Part shown: positions 40,569-50,707 of the stretch, piece by piece
Layout: the number at the start of each line of letters is the position of its first letter
Position numbering within the stretch: position 1 is the first letter of the stretch
DNA from: Desulfomicrobium sp.
GTDB lineage: Bacteria > Desulfobacterota > Desulfovibrionia > Desulfovibrionales > Desulfomicrobiaceae
DNA: 64,000 nt
NCBI GenBank assembly: GCA_040768745.1
Contig: JAXGMI010000003.1
Location: 128,001-192,000 of the forward strand
Direction: 5' to 3'
Notes under the pieces: generated by a model
Databases searched by the model: none
Seen by the model: only the letters and a program-made list of their open reading frames with translations
Told to the model about the DNA's origin: nothing
Translations under genes and position numbers: made by a program

Positions 40569-40720
40569 TGCCCTGCCAGGACAGCGGCCACATGCCGAAG
40601 GTGCACGTCCTGGGGCTCCGGGGACTCTACCTGCGCCTGTGCCTGTGATTGATGCGCGAATGCGCCACGGTGGCGTACCGGCGCCCTGTGGACCACAGCG
40701 TCCATTGCCTGCCCCCGCCG

Positions 40721-41320
40721 TCAGTTTCGCGCGGCCGTGATGGCCGCGGCGATGTCGTCGGCCAGCCTCTCGACGTTGCGTTGCTGGGCTGCGACCCAGG
40801 AGGCGTGTCCGGCGTCCGGCAGGGCCTGGGCCGCGTCCGTGCGCCGCACCAGCGGCCCGCCCTCCCCTGCGGAATCCAGCAGGGTCCAGCGGGCGGTGAG
40901 CGTGGCCTCGCGACCGAGGCTCCCGCCCATGGCCACCACGTCGACCAGGACGCGGAAACGGGGCCGGAGCCGCTGGTCCGGCGGGAAGAGGGACACGTTT
41001 TCGGTGCCGAGCGACCGCGAAAGCCGCTCGGCCAGGGCCCTGGCCATGTCCCGGTCCACCTCGCCCGTCCAGCGGTGGTATTCGGCCATGCGGTACTGCC
41101 CCTTTTCCCCGCCCGTGGCGATACGCGTCTGTTTGAGGATGTCGGGCAGGGTCACGGGGCCGACGCTGACCGACACGGCATTGCCGGCAAAGGACGGAAC
41201 CGAAGCCTGCGGGACGTGCAGGCTGTAGTAGGAAATGGTCTGCGCCTTGCCGGCGCAGCCTGTCAGCAGTGCAACCCAGGCCAGGCCCAGGACCGCCGCG
41301 AGGGTCATGCGACTATTCAT
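40721..41320 (-). CDS. pqiC: PqiC-family lipoprotein
   Basis: Lipobox LLTGC, VGPVTLPD..L, EYHRW; follows pqiB. Confidence 0.85.
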   Translation of the reverse strand: MNSRMTLAAVLGLAWVALLTGCAGKAQTISYYSLHVPQASVPSFAGNAVSVSVGPVTLPDILKQTRIATGGEKGQYRMAEYHRWTGEVDRDMARALAERLSRSLGTENVSLFPPDQRLRPRFRVLVDVVAMGGSLGREATLTARWTLLDSAGEGGPLVRRTDAAQALPDAGHASWVAAQQRNVERLADDIAAAITAARN

Positions 41321-42944
41321 CCTTCCTCTCTCCTTCCTTGCCGAACAGCAGCGACTGCGGTCGGTTCTCGATGGCGGTGCTCAGCTCGCGCATGGAGCGC
41401 AGGGTCAAGTGCAGCTCTTCGAGGGTTTTCTCCAATCTGAAGTTGAGGGGTGACTCCTTGCCCAGGGTCCCCTGCACCTCCTCCAGGGTCTTCTGCAGCG
41501 CGATCAGGCTGGCCTGCAGGGCAGGCGCCGTCTCGCCGTTCAGGCGCCGCACGAACCCGCCGGCGTCCCTGACCGTGACAGTGGTCTCCTGCAGCACGTT
41601 GTCGAGATTCTTGCCGATCTTCTCGAAGGGCACCTTCTCCAGGTTGCGGGTGATCCGCGCGATGCTCTCCTGGATCTGGTCGATGGAGCCCGACACGCTG
41701 GGGATGACCGGCAAGCCCTTATCGTGCCTGAGGACGTCGCGGGGTTCGTCAGGATGGAACCCAAGATCCACCAGCAGCTGCCCCGTCAGCAGGTTCCCGG
41801 TCTTGAGCTGCGCCTTCAGGTTGCGCTCCTCCACGAGCCACTTGAGCAGAGGCTCGGGACTATCCGGCGTCGCGGCGGGGACGGACTGCACCATGTTCTG
41901 GATCCGCTCGGGCTCGATGCTGACGATGACAGGTACGAACAACTCCTTGAGCTTCTTGTCGTAGATCAGATCGACGCTGGTCACCTGGCCGATCTTGATG
42001 CCGTAGATCTCCACCGGCGCACCGATGTTCAGGCCGCGCACGGACTGGTCGAAATAGATCAGCCAGCTCCTGTGCACCGTGTAGGTCTTCTCGTTGATGC
42101 TCTCCCGGTGGGGGTAGAGGTTGAACACCGCATTCTCCTCGGCCGCTTTGCCCGGCTGCACGCCCTCAGGGGCATCGAAGGCGAGGCCGCCGCCAACGAT
42201 GGAGATGAGGGATTCGGTGTCGATCTTGAGCCCCTGGGCGCTCAGGGACACGTCGAGCCCGCTGGCGTTCCAGAAGCGTGTGGTCTCGGTGACCTTGGCG
42301 TCATGCGGGGATTCGATGAAGACCTGCACGTCGATGGCCTGGCCGTCCGGGGCGAAGCCGTAGCTGACCACCTGACCGACCTGGATCTGGCGATAGTAGA
42401 CCGGCGCCCCGATGGTGATGGAGCCGAGTTGGCTGGAGCGCAGCCAGAAATGGCGGCCCGGCAGGCCGGAGGTGATGACCGGCGGCACTTCGAGCCCGGT
42501 GAAACTGGTGGTGTGCGCCCCGCCCACGGCCGGGTCGACGCTGATGAACGCGCCCGACAGCAGGGTGTCAAGGCCCGAGGCCGTGCCGCCGCGGATCTGG
42601 GCCTTGGCCACCCAGAAGCGGGTCCGGTCGTTCAGGAACCGCTCGAAGTCCTTGGACAGCTCCGCGGTGACCACGACGTGCTTCAAGTCGTCTCCGAGGT
42701 GGATGCTGTCGACCTGCCCGATGACCACGTCCTTGTACTTGATCTTGGTCTTGCCGGCTTCGAGGCCCGCGGCCGTGGCGAACCGGATGGAGATGACCGG
42801 GCCCTTCTCGCTGATGGCCTTGTAGCCCAGCCAGCCGCCCACGATCAGCGCCAGCAGGGGAACGATCCAGACCAGGGTGATGCCGGTCCTCTTTCTGACT
42901 TGGGCCGGGACGGCAAGATCTTCGGCCAGGGGTGCGTCGGTCAT
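41313..42944 (-). CDS. pqiB: PqiB multi-MCE (MlaD) domain protein
   Basis: VWIVPLLA, GLEAGKTKIKYKDV, three MCE domains, LKTGNLLTGQLLVDL. Confidence 0.92.
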   Translation of the reverse strand: MTDAPLAEDLAVPAQVRKRTGITLVWIVPLLALIVGGWLGYKAISEKGPVISIRFATAAGLEAGKTKIKYKDVVIGQVDSIHLGDDLKHVVVTAELSKDFERFLNDRTRFWVAKAQIRGGTASGLDTLLSGAFISVDPAVGGAHTTSFTGLEVPPVITSGLPGRHFWLRSSQLGSITIGAPVYYRQIQVGQVVSYGFAPDGQAIDVQVFIESPHDAKVTETTRFWNASGLDVSLSAQGLKIDTESLISIVGGGLAFDAPEGVQPGKAAEENAVFNLYPHRESINEKTYTVHRSWLIYFDQSVRGLNIGAPVEIYGIKIGQVTSVDLIYDKKLKELFVPVIVSIEPERIQNMVQSVPAATPDSPEPLLKWLVEERNLKAQLKTGNLLTGQLLVDLGFHPDEPRDVLRHDKGLPVIPSVSGSIDQIQESIARITRNLEKVPFEKIGKNLDNVLQETTVTVRDAGGFVRRLNGETAPALQASLIALQKTLEEVQGTLGKESPLNFRLEKTLEELHLTLRSMRELSTAIENRPQSLLFGKEGERKDE

Positions 42945-43567
42945 GAATCCTCCTCAATGACATCCCAAATGATGCGGGGGTCGAAACTTTCGGCCGCCAG
43001 CATGGTCAGCACCACCACCGTGGCGAAGAACACGGCCGCCGGGCCGGCCTCGATGCTGGCCACGGCACCGAGCTTGACCAGGGCCACCAGGATGGTGACC
43101 ACGTACACGTCGACCATGGACCACCGGCCCACCAGCTCGGTCATGCGGTACAGCACCGTGCGGTCCTTGGGGCGCCAGCGCCAGCGCAGCTGCACGCTGA
43201 CCAGCAGGAAGATCAGGATGGCCAGCTTGGCCAGGGGTACGAAGATGCTGGCGATGAAGATGACGGCGGCGATCTCCCACGAACCGCTGTGGATGAAGTA
43301 GATGACGCCGCTCATGATCGTGTCCGCCTGCACGGTGCCCAGGGCCGAAGTGACGGTCATGGGCAGGACGTTGGCCGGGACGTACATGATGGCCGCGGCC
43401 AGCAGCAGGGCCCAGGCGCGGGCGATGCTGTTGGGCTTGCGGGCGTGCAATCCTGCGCCGCAACGGGGGCAGCGGCCGTGCCCCGCCTGGGCGGCCGGCA
43501 CGAGCAGGCGGCAGTCGTGGCAACTGACCAGACCGAGGCTTTTGGCCGATGTCGGCTTGGCGCTCAT
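42941..43567 (-). CDS. pqiA: PqiA family membrane protein (second, C-terminal-type half)
   Basis: CHDC..CPRCG, YVPANVLP, GRWSMVDVYVV, FDPRIIWD. Real start MSAKP overlaps the upstream gene. Confidence 0.9.
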   Translation of the reverse strand: MSAKPTSAKSLGLVSCHDCRLLVPAAQAGHGRCPRCGAGLHARKPNSIARAWALLLAAAIMYVPANVLPMTVTSALGTVQADTIMSGVIYFIHSGSWEIAAVIFIASIFVPLAKLAILIFLLVSVQLRWRWRPKDRTVLYRMTELVGRWSMVDVYVVTILVALVKLGAVASIEAGPAAVFFATVVVLTMLAAESFDPRIIWDVIEEDS

Positions 43568-44247
43568 CGGCGCGGGTCCAGCCGCTCCCAGATCAGCGGC
43601 GGGTCGAGGGTGGTCATGGCCGCGGTGATGACGAAGGTCAGCAGTCCCAGGGCCATGACGGCCACGCCCGGGATGATGGACGCCATCTTGGCCAGCTTGA
43701 CCAGCGCCACCAGGATGCCGATCAGGAAGACCTCCATCATGGCCCAGGCCTGGAGGTGGTGGATGATGCGAAAGATCGGGACGGCCCCCGGGGCACGCAG
43801 CCGCATCCTCAGCGGGACGAGAATGTAGATCAGCCCCACCAGCTGCAGCAGCGGTATCCCCACGCAGGTCAGCAGCACGAGCCCTCCCAGGCCGTACAGG
43901 TGCTGCTTCCAGAGCTCGATGATGCCGGTCAGGAGCGTGGTCTCCTGCACGAAGCCGCCGCTCTTCATGGCCAGGAAGGGGTTGGTCAGGGCGATGGCGA
44001 AGAGCACCAGCCCGCAGAAGGAGAAGGCCAGGGGCCGGTCGATGCAGTTCCGTTTCCGGCGGTACAGCACGGCCCCGCAGCGCGGGCAGAGGGAGGTCGA
44101 ACCGGGCTCGCCCGCGACCCCGGCCAGAAGGTCGCAATTGGGGCAGGCCAGAACGCGTTTCGGCGCATCGCACTGCGCAGACGCCGACCGCCCGTCGAAG
44201 GGTCTGCCTAGGCCATGCGGCGACTGAAGATCGTGTTCAATGCTCAT
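43564..44247 (-). CDS. pqiA: PqiA family membrane protein (first, N-terminal-type half)
   Basis: CPNCDL..CPRCG, WAMMEVFLIGILVALVKL. Confidence 0.9.
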   Translation of the reverse strand: MSIEHDLQSPHGLGRPFDGRSASAQCDAPKRVLACPNCDLLAGVAGEPGSTSLCPRCGAVLYRRKRNCIDRPLAFSFCGLVLFAIALTNPFLAMKSGGFVQETTLLTGIIELWKQHLYGLGGLVLLTCVGIPLLQLVGLIYILVPLRMRLRAPGAVPIFRIIHHLQAWAMMEVFLIGILVALVKLAKMASIIPGVAVMALGLLTFVITAAMTTLDPPLIWERLDPRR

Positions 44248-45001
44248 CCGGCCTCCTTCCCACCACCTTCACATTCTCTTTTTCGACATCGCGGGACGAT
44301 TCCCGACAGCCTGTCCTTTCGTCAAGGTTCTTTCCGCATCGCGCCCTGCGGCTGAGGGCCATGATGACCTCGCTGAAGCAGGCGTCGTGGCCGACGATCT
44401 GGCCGTGGCGGAACGGCCTCTCGCTCAGCGGGTCTTCGCGCAGGGCGTAGTCGCGGACCTTCCCGTCCCGCCGGATGCCGAGCACGCGGTGTCCTTCCCG
44501 CTCCATGAGCGCGGCCGAGGCCTTCTTGTGCAGCCGCTGATCCCCGTCACCCAGTACCTCCAGCAGGGACGCCATTTCCTGCAGGAAGACCCGGGCGAAC
44601 TCGGGGTCCTGGCGGCAGATGTCCCGGCAGTTGTCGATCAGGTCGGCCAACTTGACGGTCTTGGCCCGGCTTGAGGCGCCGGCCAGGTGCGCGCGGTCCA
44701 TGGCCTTGCGCGCGGCGCGGTTGCCGTCGGCTGGCCGGCTGACGTCCCTCAGCTCCTCCACCAGGGCGGCCAGGGTCGGGCCGAACTCGCGCTCGATGTC
44801 GAGAAAACTGGCTGGCGTGTCCTCAACCACGTCGTGCAACCAGGCGGCGATCGTATCCGGGTCGTCCGTGACCGTGGCCACGATCCCGGCCACGTCCCTC
44901 AGGTGCACGTCATAGGGCTCGAAGGAGTATTTGCGGCGATGATTGATGCGCGAATGCGCTTCGGTGGCGTAGCGCCGGACCCTGGCAACCAGATCGTGCA
45001 T
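44237..45001 (-). CDS. RelA/SpoT-type HD hydrolase (small alarmone hydrolase/Mesh1-like) with apparently eroded C-terminal domain
   Basis: ATEAH..RKY..EPY..H, WLHDVVEDT, VKLADLIDN; the C-terminal part looks fragmentary. Confidence 0.75.
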   Translation of the reverse strand: MHDLVARVRRYATEAHSRINHRRKYSFEPYDVHLRDVAGIVATVTDDPDTIAAWLHDVVEDTPASFLDIEREFGPTLAALVEELRDVSRPADGNRAARKAMDRAHLAGASSRAKTVKLADLIDNCRDICRQDPEFARVFLQEMASLLEVLGDGDQRLHKKASAALMEREGHRVLGIRRDGKVRDYALREDPLSERPFRHGQIVGHDACFSEVIMALSRRARCGKNLDERTGCRESSRDVEKENVKVVGRRPDEH

Positions 45002-45092
45002 ACGGACTTCTCGTGCCTTCAGAAATTTATGCGGCGTATGAGTATTTTCCGAGGACATGCACGTCGGATTCGCCGACGCCTTTCCCCATACG

Positions 45093-45344
45093 TCACTCGA
45101 CGATCTCGGCATCCCGGATGACCCCATCCGGCAGGACGTCCGGCTGCGGGGTGACCTGGATGTACTTGATGCTCGAAACGGGAATGACGAGCAGGCTGTC
45201 GGACGTCTCGACGATGACCTTGTCCTGCTCCAGCGCCTTCTTGACCTTGGTGGCCAGGGTGGAGGTGTCCGTGACCTTCGGATACCGGAAAGTGATCTTC
45301 GACCCGTCCGTGAAATGGACGACCATGATTGCCATCTGTGCCAT
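45093..45344 (-). CDS. Small hypothetical protein (83 aa)
   Basis: GAGGAG RBS, strong coding codon bias; VHFTDGSK..IPVSSIKYIQVTP. Confidence 0.75.
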   Translation of the reverse strand: MAQMAIMVVHFTDGSKITFRYPKVTDTSTLATKVKKALEQDKVIVETSDSLLVIPVSSIKYIQVTPQPDVLPDGVIRDAEIVE

Positions 45345-45414
45345 GACGCATCTCCTCGATTGAACGTTTTCAGCCCTGGCCTGCAGGGGGTTACGGCATG
45401 CCAGGGGTGAAGAG

Positions 45415-46044
45415 TCAGGGTTTCTCGACGCTGACGGCGATGGTTTCCGTGATGCGGAAGACCACCTTCTCGCCCACCTTGCGCTGCTTCAGGTCCACGT
45501 CTTTGCGGACGGGGAAGGTCCGCTTCGTCCCGTCCTTGAACTCCAGCGTCGCCTCGTGCTTGGCGAGGTCGATGGCCGTGACCGTGCCGACCACCTGCCT
45601 GGTGCCGGAGATGATCCCGCCGGGCTGCTCGCCCTTCGGGGACGTGGCGACCACGGAGGAGGCCACTTCGCCCGACGTCCCGCCTTCCTCGTCCAGATAG
45701 ACCACGAGCTCGTCGGTCAGGGTCAGCCTGACCATGTCGCCGACGGCGACCTGGTCGAAGTTGGCGGCCGCGGGGCCGGCCTTGGCTTCGAAGGTCCTGC
45801 CGGTTTCGTCCTGGAGCTTGGCGGTGCGCTTGACCTTGTCGATCCCGACGACCTTGGCGACCACCTCATGGGTGTTGACGACCACTCCGCCGGGCACGCC
45901 TTCCACGTTGACCGTCGCGCTGCCGGCCATGGCCCGCGCGGGGGCGAGGAAAAGCAGGCAGGAGACGAGGAGCGCCCCGGCGAAGGCCGCCAAGGCTCGG
46001 GCTCCCGTGGGCATGTCCGATACGCTGAAATCTGATGCGTTCAT
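45415..46044 (-). CDS. Periplasmic protein with two internal OB-fold-like repeats
   Basis: Signal peptide; repeats PGG..V.AID...TL..G..F....D....VG..V. Confidence 0.78.
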   Translation of the reverse strand: MNASDFSVSDMPTGARALAAFAGALLVSCLLFLAPARAMAGSATVNVEGVPGGVVVNTHEVVAKVVGIDKVKRTAKLQDETGRTFEAKAGPAAANFDQVAVGDMVRLTLTDELVVYLDEEGGTSGEVASSVVATSPKGEQPGGIISGTRQVVGTVTAIDLAKHEATLEFKDGTKRTFPVRKDVDLKQRKVGEKVVFRITETIAVSVEKP

Positions 46045-46138
46045 TGAATTGTCCTTGTTCGATAAGAGGTTGATCCGAATTGCCGCGAAACACTCGTATC
46101 CCGCATGGCCTTGAACATCGATATGGTGACTCCGGCGC

Positions 46139-47560
46139 TCACTGCGCCCGTGTCGCGGCCGACTGCTCGACCGTGTTCATCCAGCCCCCACCCATGGCCT
46201 TGTAGAGTCCGATCATGGCCCGGTGCAGCGCGACCCTGGTCTGGGTGAAGGACAGCTCCGCGTTGAAGAGGCTCCGCTCGGCGTCGAGCACGGTCAGGAA
46301 GTCCGTGTAGCCTTCGTCATAGCGCAGTCTGGCGACCTCGTCGTACTGGCGCAGGGACGCGACCTGCTTGTCCTGGGCGTCGAGCTGTCGGCCCGTCTGC
46401 TGCTGGTCCGTCAGGGCGTCGTTGACCTCCCGGAAGGCATTCTGCACGGCCTGCCGGTATCCGGCCAGGGCCTGGCGCTGGATCGCTTCGGCCGCCTTGA
46501 CGTTGCCGGCGATCCTGCCGGCCGTGAAGATGGGCACCGTCACGGGCGCGCTGTAGCTCCAGGCCTGGGCCGAATCGCGGAAGAGGTCCTTGAGGTCGGC
46601 GCTGGCGAAGCCGAAGAGGCCCGTCAGGGAGATGGCCGGGAAGTAGGCCGCCTTGGCCACGCCGATCTGGGCGTTGGCGGCGACCAGGGCCTGCTCGGCC
46701 TGGCGCACGTCGGGGCGCCTCTCCAGGAGGTCCGACGGCAGACCGGCCACGACGGCTGGCAGCGTCAGTTCCTCGATGGGCAGGCCGCGCGGGATGGGGC
46801 CGGGGTTGCGCCCCAGCAGCACGGAAAGGCCGTTCTCCTGCTGGGCGATGGCCTTCTCGATGGGCGGGATGATGGCCATGGCCTCTTCGTACTGGGACTT
46901 GTTCTGGGTCAGCTCCAGCAGGGAGATGATGCCGCCGTCGTAGCGCTCCTGAAAGATTCTGTAGGACCCCTCGCGGCTGCGCACGGTATTCCGGGCGATC
47001 TCCAGCTGCCGGTCCAGACCGCGCAGGTTGACGTAGGCCGCGGCCACGTTCCCGACCAGGGACAGGATGACCCCGCGTCGCGCCTCCTCCGTGCCCAGCA
47101 ACTGGGCGCGCGCCGCCTCGGTGCTGCGGCGGATGCGGCCCCACAGGTCGATCTCCCAGGCGGCGTTCAATGTGGTCGAATACGTCTCGGTCAGGGTCGC
47201 GTAGCCTTCGGCCGGCTTGTTTTCGGCCTCCCGGGTGATCTGGTCGCGGCTATAGGAAGCGCCGGCCCCGACCTGGGGAAAGAGGTCGGCCCGCACGATG
47301 CCATACCGCCCTTCGAATTCCTCGATGCGGGCGGTGGCGATGAGCAGATCCTTGTTTTCCCGCAGGGCCGTGTCGATCAGGCCGCTCAGGACCGGGTCGC
47401 CGAACTGGCCCCACCAGGCCGTGTCGGCCAGGTTGTTGGCCTCGCCGGCCTCAATGCGCCAGGCGGCCGGCATGTCCAGGTTTGGGCGCACGTAGTCGGG
47501 TCCGAGGGTGCAGCCGGCCCCGAGCAGGGCCAGCATGAAGGCGAGCACGAGGTTACGCAT
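46139..47560 (-). CDS. RND efflux outer-membrane lipoprotein (OprM/NodT family)
   Basis: Lipobox GAGC-TLGPDY, WEIDLWGRIR, LPSDLLERRPDV, LYKAMGGGW. Start MRNLV after an AAGGAGG RBS. Confidence 0.94.
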   Translation of the reverse strand: MRNLVLAFMLALLGAGCTLGPDYVRPNLDMPAAWRIEAGEANNLADTAWWGQFGDPVLSGLIDTALRENKDLLIATARIEEFEGRYGIVRADLFPQVGAGASYSRDQITREAENKPAEGYATLTETYSTTLNAAWEIDLWGRIRRSTEAARAQLLGTEEARRGVILSLVGNVAAAYVNLRGLDRQLEIARNTVRSREGSYRIFQERYDGGIISLLELTQNKSQYEEAMAIIPPIEKAIAQQENGLSVLLGRNPGPIPRGLPIEELTLPAVVAGLPSDLLERRPDVRQAEQALVAANAQIGVAKAAYFPAISLTGLFGFASADLKDLFRDSAQAWSYSAPVTVPIFTAGRIAGNVKAAEAIQRQALAGYRQAVQNAFREVNDALTDQQQTGRQLDAQDKQVASLRQYDEVARLRYDEGYTDFLTVLDAERSLFNAELSFTQTRVALHRAMIGLYKAMGGGWMNTVEQSAATRAQ

Positions 47561-50500
47561 GGTGCACCTCCTTGGGCCCTTCGGCCGGCGGCGCGGGTTT
47601 CTTCCCTCCGATCTTCTCCACCACGTAGTAGAACACGGGGATGAGGAAGACGCCGATGACCGTGGCCGCGAGCATCCCGCCGATGACCGCGCTGCCCATG
47701 ACCTGGCGGGAGACCGCGCCGGCCCCGGAGGCGATGGCCAGCGGCACGCAGCCGAGGATGAAGGCAAAGGAGGTCATGAGGATGGGCCGCAACCTGAGCT
47801 TCGCCCCCTCCAGCGTGGCCTCCAGCAGGGGCCTGCCCTTCTCGTATTCCATCTTGGCGAACTCTACGATGAGGATGGCGTTCTTGGCCGACAGGCCGAT
47901 GAGCATGACCAGGCCGATCTGGGCGTAGACGTTGTTCTCCTGCCCGCGCAGCATGAGGGCTCCGAAGGCGCCCGCCACGGCGATGGGTGTGCCCAGCAGG
48001 ACCGAGAACGGCAGGGACCAGCTCTCGTACTGCGCTGCCAGGATCAGGAACACGCACAGGAGCGAGAAGCCGAAGATGACCATGGGCGAGACGCCCTTCT
48101 GGGCCTGCCATTCCTGGAAGGACATGCCCATGTAGTCGAAGCCCATCTCCGGGGGCATGGTTTCGGCGAAGACCTCCTCCAGCGCCTTCATGGCCTGAGC
48201 CGAGCTGTAGCCCGGCGCTGCGTTGGCATTGATCTGGGCGCAGCGGTACAGGTTGTAGCGCATGGTGAACTCGGGCCCGGAGATGTTCCGGACCGAGGTC
48301 AGGGCCGAAAGGGGCACCGTCGCGCCCTCGCTGTTGCGCACGTAGAACTGTCCGACGTTCTCGATGTTGGTCCGGTACTCGCCCTCGGCCTGGATGTAGA
48401 CCTGCCACTGGCGTCCGAACTTGTTGAAGTAGTTGATGAAGCCGCTGCCCATGAAGCTCTGCAGGGTCTTGTAGACATCGTCGATCTTGACCCCCTGCTT
48501 GAGGACCTTGTCGCGGTCCACGTCGACGAAGAGCTGCGGGACCGTGGGCCGGAAGGTCGTGGACACGCTGCCCAGCTCCGGGCGCTTCTTCGCCGCCTCG
48601 ACGAAGGTGTTCACGTTCGCGGCCAGGAACTCGATATCCTTGCCCGCCCGGTCCTCGAGCATGAAGGTCGCGCCGCCCGAGGTGCCGATGCCGGGGATGG
48701 CCGGGGGGGAGAAGGCGAAGCCGATGGCCCCGCTGATCCCGGCGAGCTTCCCGTTGATGCCCTTCTTGATGGTCTCGTACTGCAGTTCCGGCGTCTTGCG
48801 CGCGGCCCAGTCCTCGAGGGTGATGAAGAAGAAGGTGCTGTAGGTGTTGGTCACGCCGCTCAGCAGGTTGTAGCCCACGACGGAGGTGCAGTACTTCACG
48901 CCGGGGGTGTCCATGATCAGCTTTTCGGCCTCTGCCGTGATCGCACGGGTCCGCTGCAGCGACGAGGCGTCGGGCAGCTGCACCGCGCCGTACATGTAGC
49001 CCTGGTCCTCCTCGGGCAGGAAGCCCGTGGCCACGCGCCCGCCGAAGAAGCCCGTCAGGACCGTGATGCCCACGAGGAGGAGCATGCTGACGAGGCTCTT
49101 GTGCACGGCCAGCCGGCAGATGCCGACATAGCCGTCCGTGGCCCGCCCGAACATGCGGTTGAACCAGTCGTAGAACTTCTGCAGCGGTCCCGAACCCTTC
49201 TCCTTGGGCTTCAGCAGCAGTGCGCTGAGGGCCGGGCTCAGGGTCAGGGCGTTGAAGGCCGAGATGATGACCGAGATGGCGATGGTCAGGGCGAACTGCT
49301 GGTAGAGCCGCCCGGTGATGCCGGGGATGAAGGCCGTGGGGATGAAGACCGCGGCCAGGATGACGGCGATGGCGATGACCGGCCCCGAGACCTCCTCCAT
49401 GGCCCTGAAGGTTGCCTCCTTGGGCGAGAGGCCGTGCTCGATGTGGTGCTCCACCGCCTCGACCACGACGATGGCGTCGTCCACGACCAGGCCGATGGCC
49501 AGGACCAGGCCGAAGAGGGAGAGGGTGTTGATGGAAAACCCCAGCAGCGGGAAGAGCATGAACGTGCCGACCAGGGACACGGGCACGGCCAGGAGCGGAA
49601 TGAGCGTCGCCCGCCAGCCCTGCAGGAAGATGAAGACCACGATGATGACCAGGGCCAGGGCCTCGAACAGGGTGTGCTGGATCTCCTTGATGCCCTCGGT
49701 CACGGCCAGGGTGGTGTCCAGGGAGACGACGTAGTCCAGGTCCGCCGGGAAGCGCTCCTTGAGCGTGGCCATGAGGGCCTTGGCCCCGTCGGCAGCCTCG
49801 ACCGCGTTGGTGCCCGGCATCTGGTACAGGGCGATCAGCGCGGCGGGCTTGCCCTGCAGGCGGCCCTCCAGGCTGTAGGTCTGGGCACCCAGTTCGATGC
49901 GCGCCACGTCCCTGACGCGCACCACGGACCCGTCCGGGTTGGCGCGCAGGATGATGGCCCCGAATTCCTCCTCGGACTGCAGGCGTCCCTGGGCCCGGAC
50001 CGTGTAGGTGAACTCCTGTCCCGCCGGAACCGGCTCGGACCCCACCTGCCCGGCGGGGTTGACCGTGTTCTGGGCCTTGATGGCGTTCATGATCTCGGGG
50101 ATGGTGATGTTCAGCTTGGCCAGCTGGTCGGGCTTGACCCACAGTCGCATGGCGTACTGCCCCGCGCCGAAGACGGTGACGCTGGCGATGCCCTTGATGC
50201 GGGTCATCTGGTCGTTGATGTTGATGTAGCAGTAGTTGGCCAGGAAGATGTTGTCGTAGGTGCCGTTCGGCGAAAAGAGGCCGAACATGATGAGCGGCGA
50301 GGAGGTCGACTTCTCGACCTTCACGCCGTACTCGCGCACTTCCGACGGCAGCTTGGCCTCGGCCTGCCCTTTGCGCATCTGGGCCAGGAGCTGGTCGGTG
50401 TTGGGGTCGGTCTTGACGTCGAAGTTGACGGTCAGCTTCGTTTCGCCGTTGTTGGCGTTGGTGGAGTACATGTAGTTCATGTTGTCCACGCCCGACATCT

Positions 50501-50702
50501 CCTGCTCGATGGGCGTGGCCACCGCTTGCTCTAGGGTCAGGGCGTCGGCGCCGGTGTAGGTGGCCGAAACCTTGATCTCGGGCGGGACGATGTTCGGGAA
50601 CTGCGCCGTGGGCAGCCCGAGCATGGCCACGATGCCGACGATGAGCATCAGGATGGAGATGACCATGGCCACGATGGGCCGGTTGATGAAGAATCGTGCC
50701 AT
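47553..50702 (-). CDS. RND efflux permease (HAE1/AcrB family)
   Basis: 1049 aa; FFINRPI, GLVVDDAIVVVE, GLSAKNAILIVE, RLRPILMT. Confidence 0.97.
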   Translation of the reverse strand: MARFFINRPIVAMVISILMLIVGIVAMLGLPTAQFPNIVPPEIKVSATYTGADALTLEQAVATPIEQEMSGVDNMNYMYSTNANNGETKLTVNFDVKTDPNTDQLLAQMRKGQAEAKLPSEVREYGVKVEKSTSSPLIMFGLFSPNGTYDNIFLANYCYININDQMTRIKGIASVTVFGAGQYAMRLWVKPDQLAKLNITIPEIMNAIKAQNTVNPAGQVGSEPVPAGQEFTYTVRAQGRLQSEEEFGAIILRANPDGSVVRVRDVARIELGAQTYSLEGRLQGKPAALIALYQMPGTNAVEAADGAKALMATLKERFPADLDYVVSLDTTLAVTEGIKEIQHTLFEALALVIIVVFIFLQGWRATLIPLLAVPVSLVGTFMLFPLLGFSINTLSLFGLVLAIGLVVDDAIVVVEAVEHHIEHGLSPKEATFRAMEEVSGPVIAIAVILAAVFIPTAFIPGITGRLYQQFALTIAISVIISAFNALTLSPALSALLLKPKEKGSGPLQKFYDWFNRMFGRATDGYVGICRLAVHKSLVSMLLLVGITVLTGFFGGRVATGFLPEEDQGYMYGAVQLPDASSLQRTRAITAEAEKLIMDTPGVKYCTSVVGYNLLSGVTNTYSTFFFITLEDWAARKTPELQYETIKKGINGKLAGISGAIGFAFSPPAIPGIGTSGGATFMLEDRAGKDIEFLAANVNTFVEAAKKRPELGSVSTTFRPTVPQLFVDVDRDKVLKQGVKIDDVYKTLQSFMGSGFINYFNKFGRQWQVYIQAEGEYRTNIENVGQFYVRNSEGATVPLSALTSVRNISGPEFTMRYNLYRCAQINANAAPGYSSAQAMKALEEVFAETMPPEMGFDYMGMSFQEWQAQKGVSPMVIFGFSLLCVFLILAAQYESWSLPFSVLLGTPIAVAGAFGALMLRGQENNVYAQIGLVMLIGLSAKNAILIVEFAKMEYEKGRPLLEATLEGAKLRLRPILMTSFAFILGCVPLAIASGAGAVSRQVMGSAVIGGMLAATVIGVFLIPVFYYVVEKIGGKKPAPPAEGPKEVHHA

Positions 50703-50707
50703 GGCGC

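Noticed and set aside
42941..44247. Split pqiA as a frameshifted pseudogene
   Set aside because: Both halves have their own Cys motifs and an ATGA-type coupled junction, and two-gene pqiA is a common arrangement.
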